DNA from: an uncultured Candidatus Saccharibacteria bacterium | GTDB taxonomy: Bacteria > Patescibacteriota > Minisyncoccia > Minisyncoccales > GWA2-38-27 | DNA: 64,000 bases | NCBI GenBank assembly: GCA_964609075.1 | Contig: CAZSQP010000003.1 | Span: 36,907 to 100,906, forward strand | Direction: 5' to 3' | Part shown: one piece after another, positions 57,256 to 64,000 of the stretch | Layout: each line of letters starts with the position of its first letter | How positions within the stretch are numbered: position 1 is the first letter of the stretch | The notes under the pieces: generated by a model | What the model saw: the letters and a program-made list of their open reading frames with translations, nothing else | The model's database searches: none | Told to the model about the DNA's origin: nothing | Position numbers and translations under genes: made by a program

Positions 57256-57919
57256 TCTTGTTTTTGTGGTATAATTTACATATATGAAATTGCCTGATTT
57301 TTTCAAGCCCTTATTGTGATCTTACAACTTTTCTCAGATTGATAAAGAAGAAAACAAAAAGACCATTATTGTAAACACTATAAATTACGGTGATTTAAAA
57401 CACTGGAAATGGATAACTGAAAATTACGGGAAAAAGGAGGTTGTAAAGGTGCTATCTAGTGTTCCTCTTTCTGAATTAAGGCCGGGGGCTAGAAAGCTTG
57501 CCTCTGTTCTTTTCGGTATTAAAGAATTTAATTATGAAAGAAGAAGCATTAAGTAAAAAGGGAAAGGATCTTTTTCCTCCTCTCGAAAATTTTGTGTTTT
57601 ATAAAGATATTCCTCTTTTGAGCACAAGAGAAATAGCAGCTTCAAAAGAATATACTTTATGAAGAAGAGGGTCCTATCCCGTATTCTTTGCTAATAAACA
57701 ACTCTTTCTTTATTTTTTTACAGAAAAAGACCCGTCGATAGAGTTTAATGCCATAGTAAGACAGGCAGGCCCGCACAGCTGAGAATTTTTAGATTGGGTT
57801 ATCTTTTTCATATACTTTGAGTATAGTATGATATTGTGTTAGTAAAAATATTTCCTTATTCCAATACTAATTTATTTGACTTATTAAATATAAGGTTATA
57901 TAATTTTCTTATTAAGATT

Positions 57920-59026
57920 ATGGCTAGATCTAAACTTACAATTCCATGTCATTGGGATAAATCTGTTTTGAATAAAATTTTAGATAAACAGAAATTTTCA
58001 AAGAGCGATATTAAAGTTTCAGAGATATACGGAACTTTAGCTAAAGGCCCTGTGCTACATGGTAGAGCTTGGAATAGTATTCCGAATATAACAAAGAAAG
58101 AAGCAGTAGCTTTTAGAAGATATGTTAAATCACTAGGACTGAAATTTACCTATTTATTAAATGCGCCCTACAGGATTGGAGATAGTAAAGATCTATCAAG
58201 GGTTAAGGATTATTTGAAGTGGATTGTAGAGGAGTTTGAAGCGGATAGCCTAATGGTTACTTCTCATGGATTGATGAATTTTATAAGAGAAATTTATCCT
58301 TTTATTCCCCTGTATATTTCAACTATTGCTGGCGTGTTAAATTTTAATCAGTTGGAAAATTTTTTAGATATTAATCCTTCAAGAGTGGTAGTTCATCACG
58401 ATGCGAACAGGAATTTTAAAGACTTAACTAATCTTGTTAAAAAAGCTCAAGAAAGGAATGTTGAAGTTGAAGTAATGGCGACAGAAAGTTGTTTAAGAAG
58501 ATGTCCTCATAGAGAAGCTCACTATAATCACTTGGGTAGCGGTCGTACTGATGTACCTTTTCACACTATCTGCAACAAGAAAAAATTAATGTATCCAAAA
58601 GAATTTCTTAAGGCAAATTTTATAAGGCCTGAAGACCTTCATTTTTATGAAAAAATAGGAATTAATTTTTTTAAGATTACCGGAAGGTCAAAACCGTCAT
58701 CTTGGCTGCCCAAAGCAGTAAAAGCATACTTAGAGAGGAGTTATGAAGGTAACCTTATGCGCCTTTTAGGTACGGATCCTTCTTTAAAAGTCGAGACTTG
58801 GATCTTTATTAACAACAAATCACTAGATGGATTTTTGGATAGTTTCCCTAGGGATAAAAATGAGAAAAAAGAAGATTTTTATTGTGATGAATGGATTTCG
58901 AAAATGTATACAGAAGGAAGGTTTAAAGTAGAAGATGGAACTAAATATGAATTGAATTCTTCTCGGATGCTCCGTTTTTGTCAGCCTGGTTATCGTGCAT
59001 CATCTATTATAACTCCAGAAAAATAA
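57920..59026 (+). CDS. Peptidase-U32-family protein (Fe-S-dependent hydroxylase family, e.g. UbiU/RlhA-like)
   Basis: Architecture matches U32: LKFTYLLNAP..., ...SLMVTSHGLMNFIRE...PLYIST..., VEVEVMATESCLRRCPHREAHYNHLG Cys motif. Start chosen at the internal Met (MARSKL). Confidence 0.5.
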   Translation: MARSKLTIPCHWDKSVLNKILDKQKFSKSDIKVSEIYGTLAKGPVLHGRAWNSIPNITKKEAVAFRRYVKSLGLKFTYLLNAPYRIGDSKDLSRVKDYLKWIVEEFEADSLMVTSHGLMNFIREIYPFIPLYISTIAGVLNFNQLENFLDINPSRVVVHHDANRNFKDLTNLVKKAQERNVEVEVMATESCLRRCPHREAHYNHLGSGRTDVPFHTICNKKKLMYPKEFLKANFIRPEDLHFYEKIGINFFKITGRSKPSSWLPKAVKAYLERSYEGNLMRLLGTDPSLKVETWIFINNKSLDGFLDSFPRDKNEKKEDFYCDEWISKMYTEGRFKVEDGTKYELNSSRMLRFCQPGYRASSIITPEK

Positions 59027-59112
59027 CAATTTAATTTACAATATTAATTTACAGGAACTAATTTTATATTAGTATGAGTATGAAATAGTTCTTTAAAAAG
59101 AAAGAAACAAGT

Positions 59113-59688
59113 ATGATTTTCTTAATTGGTCCTCACGGTGCGGGAAAAACTACTATTGCTGAGATAATTACCTGTTACAACTTTATTTATTTCGATTTGG
59201 GTAAAATTTTAAGGGATTATCACAAAAGGAAGAAACCAGAAATTGACTTTAGGTCTTGGTGTATGGAAAATGAACGGATTCACGGCCCCCTTTTTACTGA
59301 CAAGATAATTATCAGAGAAATCAAAAGAAGATATAGAGAGATGATAAATAAGGTTTGCCAGCCCCAAGACTTGGTTATTGTGGGAAGTCGTTCTTTCCAA
59401 GGGATAAAATATATTATTAACGAGATGTCCTCTTTTAATGAGCATGAAAATGTAATTATTTGTATTGAGGCTCCCTTTGATGTTTTGAAAGAGCGATATT
59501 GTGCTCGGGAAAAGAGAAAGCTTAGTGATCAGGAATTTCAAGCTATTTTGAACAAAGACAAGCAAATGGGACTGTTAGAAGCGGAAGATCGAGCAGATTT
59601 ACGAATTTCGAACGTAGTTTCTATGCAGGAATTAAAAGAAAGAGTAAAAGATTTAATTGATGGGGAGCTGGGATATTCTATAATGTGA
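59113..59688 (+). CDS. P-loop NTPase / small-molecule kinase-like protein
   Basis: Walker A LIGPHGAGKTTIAEI; 191 aa. Confidence 0.5.
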   Translation: MIFLIGPHGAGKTTIAEIITCYNFIYFDLGKILRDYHKRKKPEIDFRSWCMENERIHGPLFTDKIIIREIKRRYREMINKVCQPQDLVIVGSRSFQGIKYIINEMSSFNEHENVIICIEAPFDVLKERYCAREKRKLSDQEFQAILNKDKQMGLLEAEDRADLRISNVVSMQELKERVKDLIDGELGYSIM

Positions 59689-59694
59689 CATTTT

Positions 59695-60747
59695 ATGGCT
59701 GATTATTTGAAGAAAGAAAATTTTTTTCGAAAGAGATCATCCTTCCAGGATTATTCATTGTCGAATAATAATATTGACAAAGAATATGCTGAGATAATCG
59801 GTGGGTTGTCTTGTGATCAGATGACAAGACTTATTAATCAGTATCCTGACTACGAATACTCTCAACTGCTCAAGATAATAAGAAAAACTTTTAAAGTATC
59901 GAAAGTTGTTTTGGGCTGTGGCTCGGAGGATTTAATTATAAGAATTAATGCTATCTTAAAAAAGAGGGGAGGAATAGGAATTTTCCTCCCTAATTTTTAT
60001 AGGATAATGGAAACTGCGGGAAAATATAAAAAGATTTATATGCAATATGATCTAGATTCTGAGTTCTTAGATTATATAAATGATTCAAGGGTGATAATTA
60101 ACCAAATTAAAAGCTTGTGGATTTCTAATCCTAATCCGATGATTGGAAAAGTAAGTAAGAGGGGTGATATTATCAGATTGATTAAAAATAACAAAAAGGT
60201 TCTATTTATTGTTGATGAATCAGCTATTGATTTTCTTGATAAGCCTTACGATTATTCCGTAATAGATGTCACTCGAGAGGTAGATAATTTAATAGTGGTA
60301 AGATCTTTTTCGAAATTGTACGGGATAGCTGGCCTAAGAGCAGCTTTTGCAACAGGTCGAGCAGAAGTCCTGGAAAAGATCGAAAAAGTTGGTCTCACCT
60401 TTCCTATTAATGGCGTGGCAGAGTATTTTGTGAGAAAACTTTTGAAAAATGAATCAGCAATCAGGAGGATAAAAAAGAAAATCAAAAACAATAAATTATT
60501 ACTGGAGAAAATTTTGTCAGAGAATAGAAATATTGTCTTAAGTAAATCAGTGACTAATTGCTTATTTTTTGGCCACAAAGAGAAAGATATGTTTCCTGAA
60601 TTGTTGAATCTAGGAATTAATGCATTAGATTTGAATAATCAAGATGGTCTTAAAGAAAGAAACTTCGTTAGAGTAACAGTTCACAGTTCAGGGTCTTTAT
60701 TTAAAAATTTGCACAAAAAATTATCAAGACTTGTTAAAATAATGTGA
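59695..60747 (+). CDS. PLP-dependent class I/II aminotransferase-fold enzyme (HisC / threonine-phosphate decarboxylase CobD-like)
   Basis: PLP-lysine motif VVRSFSKLYGIAGLRAAF. Confidence 0.6.
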   Translation: MADYLKKENFFRKRSSFQDYSLSNNNIDKEYAEIIGGLSCDQMTRLINQYPDYEYSQLLKIIRKTFKVSKVVLGCGSEDLIIRINAILKKRGGIGIFLPNFYRIMETAGKYKKIYMQYDLDSEFLDYINDSRVIINQIKSLWISNPNPMIGKVSKRGDIIRLIKNNKKVLFIVDESAIDFLDKPYDYSVIDVTREVDNLIVVRSFSKLYGIAGLRAAFATGRAEVLEKIEKVGLTFPINGVAEYFVRKLLKNESAIRRIKKKIKNNKLLLEKILSENRNIVLSKSVTNCLFFGHKEKDMFPELLNLGINALDLNNQDGLKERNFVRVTVHSSGSLFKNLHKKLSRLVKIM

Positions 60748-60756
60748 TCTTTTTCA

Positions 60757-61836
60757 ATGAAAAAGGATTTTAAGCCATATAAAATAGGAACAGTCTTCAA
60801 TTCTCTTGGAGTAAATTATTCTGGGTTGATCCCGGCCTATAAGGGTGTGGAAGTTAATTTTCCTAGTCGCTTGAATGCGATGGCTCTAGATCCTAGCAAG
60901 ATAACTAGTAATAATAATTTAGTTTATACACCTGGTGAAATTATTTTCGTTGTTAAAATATACAGCAGGGTTACTATTGAAATTTCGAACAAAAAAGGAG
61001 AGATAAGAATATCTTCGTCTTCTCCTCGTCATTCACTTATAAATCATGTAGTTTTCTTGATGCGTAAGGCTTTAGCTATTAATGATGGTTTTTATATTAG
61101 TGTAGAAAAGGAGGATGAAATAAAACATTGTGGTTTGGGTTCTAGTAGTAATTTAATTGCTGCTGTTGCAGTTGCTATTAATGAGCTTTATGGAAATCCT
61201 ATAGACTTAGAAACTTTAGCAAAATATGTAGCCCAGAATCATGGGGAAGAAATAGAAGGAGAAGATAATTATATAATGCCCGTTCAATCTATAGGTGGGT
61301 CTGCGATTGGTGGTTTTTTCGATGGAGGGATGAAGGTTATAACCGGTGAGACGTGTTTAATTAAAAGTATGGATATCTCAAGGAAATATAAGGTTGTGTT
61401 GGGAATACCTAAAGATTTTCAGGAAAAGGATGCTAGAGAACTACTAGATATGGAAATTAATAACTTCGATAAGTTTTTTGATACCGGCCTGAAATTTAAA
61501 AATAAGATTGCCTATAATGTTTTACATAAGCTTCTTCCGGCAATGACTACAGGTGACTTGGGAACTATTGGGGATATTATATTTGATTATCGTTTCAATA
61601 TGGGGAGTATTGAGAATTGCTCTTTTGTATATTCTAAATTGCCAGAAGTTACCGGTGAACTTGTTCCTTTGAAAAAGAAAAAGATTGCGGAAATTTTAGC
61701 TATTTCTTCGGTTGGGCCTGGTATATTTTCTATAACAAAAGAACCTCGTTTTTGTGAAGATGTTTTTAAAGCGAATAATTTAGAAACAAAAGTTGTTGAG
61801 TTAGAAAATAAGAAATATACGGTGAAAAGGAGATAA
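60757..61836 (+). CDS. GHMP-family kinase
   Basis: GHMP motif CGLGSSSNLIAAVAVAINELYG. Confidence 0.6.
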   Translation: MKKDFKPYKIGTVFNSLGVNYSGLIPAYKGVEVNFPSRLNAMALDPSKITSNNNLVYTPGEIIFVVKIYSRVTIEISNKKGEIRISSSSPRHSLINHVVFLMRKALAINDGFYISVEKEDEIKHCGLGSSSNLIAAVAVAINELYGNPIDLETLAKYVAQNHGEEIEGEDNYIMPVQSIGGSAIGGFFDGGMKVITGETCLIKSMDISRKYKVVLGIPKDFQEKDARELLDMEINNFDKFFDTGLKFKNKIAYNVLHKLLPAMTTGDLGTIGDIIFDYRFNMGSIENCSFVYSKLPEVTGELVPLKKKKIAEILAISSVGPGIFSITKEPRFCEDVFKANNLETKVVELENKKYTVKRR

Positions 61837-61839
61837 AAA

Positions 61840-62490
61840 ATGGATTATAGCGAAAGAATTAAAAAATTTTGGGATAAAGAAGTAAAAAACTTTTCTAATG
61901 ATGATCCTTCAGAATATTTATTAAATTTTTTTTCACAAATAAAAAAGAGAAAAAATAGAAAAATATTGGACTTAGGATGTGGTGCTGGCAGAAACACTTT
62001 AATGCTCTGTAAGTTGGGTTTTAAAGTTTACGGTTGTGATTTGAATAGAGAAATGGTTTTAGAAACACGAAGGAAATTACCTGTACATTTTAAAAATAAT
62101 ATTATTATCTGTGATATAGTTTCGCTTCCCTATTATGATAATTTTTTTGATTTTGTGCTCTCAAACGGTATTTTTCATAATGCTGTTTCTTTTCAGGATT
62201 TTGAGAAAGCTATATCAGAAACTACAAGAATTTTAAAAGTAAGAGGTAGTTTAGTAGTTAATGTGTTTATAATGGATCCGACTCTTAAGGGAAACTTAAA
62301 AGTTATTCCTCAAAGTAAAAAATTATATCTTACCCAAGAAAAATTACCTATGGTTTTACTTTCTTTAGAAGAATTGATCAGCGTTTTCAAAAAGAAAAAA
62401 CTCTATCTTCAGAGCTACGGAACAAGAAAAGTAGAGATAGCTACGGGGGAGAGAAAAGTTTTTAAAGGAGTTTTTAAAAAGAGGCTATAA
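61840..62490 (+). CDS. Class I SAM-dependent methyltransferase
   Basis: Motif I ILDLGCGAGRNT. Confidence 0.7.
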   Translation: MDYSERIKKFWDKEVKNFSNDDPSEYLLNFFSQIKKRKNRKILDLGCGAGRNTLMLCKLGFKVYGCDLNREMVLETRRKLPVHFKNNIIICDIVSLPYYDNFFDFVLSNGIFHNAVSFQDFEKAISETTRILKVRGSLVVNVFIMDPTLKGNLKVIPQSKKLYLTQEKLPMVLLSLEELISVFKKKKLYLQSYGTRKVEIATGERKVFKGVFKKRL

Positions 62491-62506
62491 AGTAGAAAAC
62501 ACCGTT

Positions 62507-63064
62507 TTAATCTTTTCTTTTTTTAGTAAGGTGTTTGGCAATTTTGAGATAGTTTTTTCCCCAGATATCTAATCTTTCCTCTTCGGGATATTCTGTTAAG
62601 GTTCGAGATTCGTTTTGGAATCTTATTATACCATTCCATCCTCCTCGAGGATCAGGAACTCTTTCTTCTCTTTCAAAAGATATAGGGACTTTGTATTTAT
62701 ATTCTAAGGTAGTACCATTTGGTTTAGCGTAAACTGTAGCTATTTCGAAATAGCCACTTCTATCCTTTTCGTTATTAAGGATTCTTAGGAGTTTTTTAGC
62801 GGGCAGTCTTTTCTCAATAAAACTAGTATAAGGGCCTGGAATACCTAAGGTATTTATAAACAAACTGTGGTCCTCTCTAATAATGGGAGAGTTTAGATCT
62901 TTTGCTGCTTTAAGGGCGGTAAATCTAGCAATTTCCAGACTACTATCTGCTTGAATTTCAGGATAATCTTTTCTTGCTTGTTTTATTTCTATACCAAACT
63001 TTTTGAATGATTTTACAGCAGCTTTTAATTTCCCTGGGTTTTTTGTTAATATATTTACGATCAT
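62507..63064 (-). CDS. Ham1/RdgB-like non-canonical purine NTP pyrophosphatase
   Basis: VNILTKNPGKLKAA... and ...EDHSLFINTLGIPGPYTSF align with the RdgB motifs (ATGN.GK..E; DDSGL.V..LGG.PG.YSAR). Confidence 0.55.
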   Translation of the reverse strand: MIVNILTKNPGKLKAAVKSFKKFGIEIKQARKDYPEIQADSSLEIARFTALKAAKDLNSPIIREDHSLFINTLGIPGPYTSFIEKRLPAKKLLRILNNEKDRSGYFEIATVYAKPNGTTLEYKYKVPISFEREERVPDPRGGWNGIIRFQNESRTLTEYPEEERLDIWGKNYLKIAKHLTKKRKD

Positions 63065-63160
63065 AACTTATTGACAAAAAAAACTATTTTGTTATTATTA
63101 TTATAGTAGTTTGTCGGTTCTTTTACAAGTATTTTTTGCTAAGAATAAAGAAAGGAGGAT

Positions 63161-63628
63161 GTGATGGATAATCAAAAAATAAGAGAAGCCTGTATTAAGG
63201 AAAAGGAAGAGAAACTGAGGAAGTTAGAAGAATCTTTTGAGGCTACAAAACAGTATGCAGCTGATGCTCCCGGGAGCTCACAATCTCATTCTGATACCTC
63301 AAAATTCCAGCATAGCAACCTAGCCCTTGGAACAGAGATGAGAATTCAGGAAGCAAAAGAAGAATTAAGAATGCTTCAAGCTCTTCCCGGAAGCTCTAAA
63401 GAGAAAGTTTTTGTTGGAGCTTGTTTTGTGCTTAGAGATCTTAATAGCGGTCAGGCTGATAATTACTTTCTTATTCCGAAGGGAGGCGGAGATTTCCTTG
63501 AAGTTGACGGAGAAGAGATAATGGTCATTTCCGAAGAGTCTCCCATAGCTGAAGCAGTTATGGGAAAAAGAAAAGGAGAGGTCATCTCCTTCAGGGAAAA
63601 GAAGCTTATGATTCAGGAGATTCAATAG
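63161..63628 (+). CDS. GreA/GreB-family transcription elongation factor-like protein
   Basis: N-terminal coiled coil plus a C-terminal FKBP-like domain motif (ISEESPIAEAVMGKRKGEVISF). Confidence 0.55.
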   Translation: MMDNQKIREACIKEKEEKLRKLEESFEATKQYAADAPGSSQSHSDTSKFQHSNLALGTEMRIQEAKEELRMLQALPGSSKEKVFVGACFVLRDLNSGQADNYFLIPKGGGDFLEVDGEEIMVISEESPIAEAVMGKRKGEVISFREKKLMIQEIQ

Positions 63629-63718
63629 GCTGGATCATGAGGTGGTTTGTTAAGCGAGCCACCTTTTTTATTTCTTTGGAAATGATAGGATAAAAAATAA
63701 GAAGAAGAATAAAAACAT

Positions 63719-64000
63719 ATGATCAGAAGAGAAGTATTTAAAAAAGAGCAGGAAATAGTCAGTAGAAACCTGGGTTCTGAGCTTAGCAAGATTCCTGATT
63801 TGCCGGACTGGATTAAAGATAAAGATATCCAATACTGGGAGAAACTTCTGTTTTCTGTACATTATTTACCTAAAATATCTCTGGATGAAGGTTTGGATAT
63901 TCCTTTATGGAAAGATAAAAAAGACAGGCCTTATAAGGTTTTCTATAAGAAGATCCGGGAAGGTAAAATAGAGAAAAAAGCTAAAACCTTAACTGGGAAA
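63719..64000 (+). CDS. Hypothetical protein; partial, runs off the window end
   Basis: Open frame from ATG 63719 (MIRREVFKKEQEIVSRNLGSELSKIPDLPDWIKDK...) to the window edge. Confidence 0.3.
   Translation, partial: MIRREVFKKEQEIVSRNLGSELSKIPDLPDWIKDKDIQYWEKLLFSVHYLPKISLDEGLDIPLWKDKKDRPYKVFYKKIREGKIEKKAKTLTGK

Noticed and set aside
1-64000. Alternative genetic code (UGA = Gly, as in Gracilibacteria/SR1)
   Set aside because: The standard-code ORF track yields full-length conserved proteins (RuvB, DnaA, DnaN, PNPase, PBP1A, TyrRS). Several genes end at TGA exactly where an overlapping ATG starts the next gene (ATGA junctions). There is no sign of read-through.

Overview
The window is AT-rich (about 32-35% GC by eye) and gene-dense, and comes from a small-genome bacterium using the standard genetic code. 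Conserved full-length proteins such as RuvB, DnaA, PNPase and PBP1A end at TGA or TAA with no internal stops, so UGA recoding (code 25) is excluded. The gene content is consistent, by inference only, with a Patescibacteria/CPR-like or Gram-positive-type organism: a short YidC, a PilB-family ATPase, lamin-tail-domain proteins, a PMT-family glycosyltransferase, Pro/Thr-linker surface proteins and a type-IV-secretion-like locus.

The window spans the chromosomal origin neighbourhood: rpmH-rnpA-yidD-yidC-jag on the minus strand diverge from dnaA-dnaN on the plus strand at about 35.6-38.6 kb. Other housekeeping genes include tsaE, ruvB, yebC-ruvC, tyrS, a PBP1A-type synthase, ksgA, rpsO, a NYN-domain gene, pnp, cca, and four tRNAs (Lys-CUU, Arg-UCG, Pro-CGG, Ala-CGC).

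The most unusual region is a roughly 10.4-kb translationally coupled plus-strand operon at 23.5-33.9 kb. It encodes a VirB3-like protein, a VirB4 ATPase split into two ORFs, a small membrane protein, and three secreted proteins that share an N-terminal two-helix pilin-like domain. The first of these is a 1436-aa protein with about 25 degenerate ~40-aa helical repeats and a Cys-rich C-terminus. A fourth copy of the same domain sits at the C-terminus of a protein at 51.4-52.2 kb, and a VirB6/TrbL-like polytopic membrane protein lies at 40.3-42.6 kb.

Other notable items:
- GC-rich (43-52%) single genes or gene pairs that look horizontally acquired: a secreted protein and a PEP-CTERM beta-propeller protein at 5.2-7.4 kb, an esterase at 12.2-13.6 kb, and an SPFH protein at 39.1-40.2 kb.
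- A roughly 105-bp imperfect direct repeat bracketing a single inserted gene at 5.1-6.4 kb.
- A consensus promoter followed by a 19-bp perfect palindrome upstream of the SPFH gene.
- Two GT-C glycosyltransferases adjacent to Pro/Thr-repeat surface proteins.
- A five-gene putative small-molecule or modification cassette at 57.9-62.5 kb (U32 Fe-S protein, P-loop kinase, HisC/CobD-like PLP enzyme, GHMP kinase, SAM methyltransferase), preceded by a 580-bp ORF-free leader.
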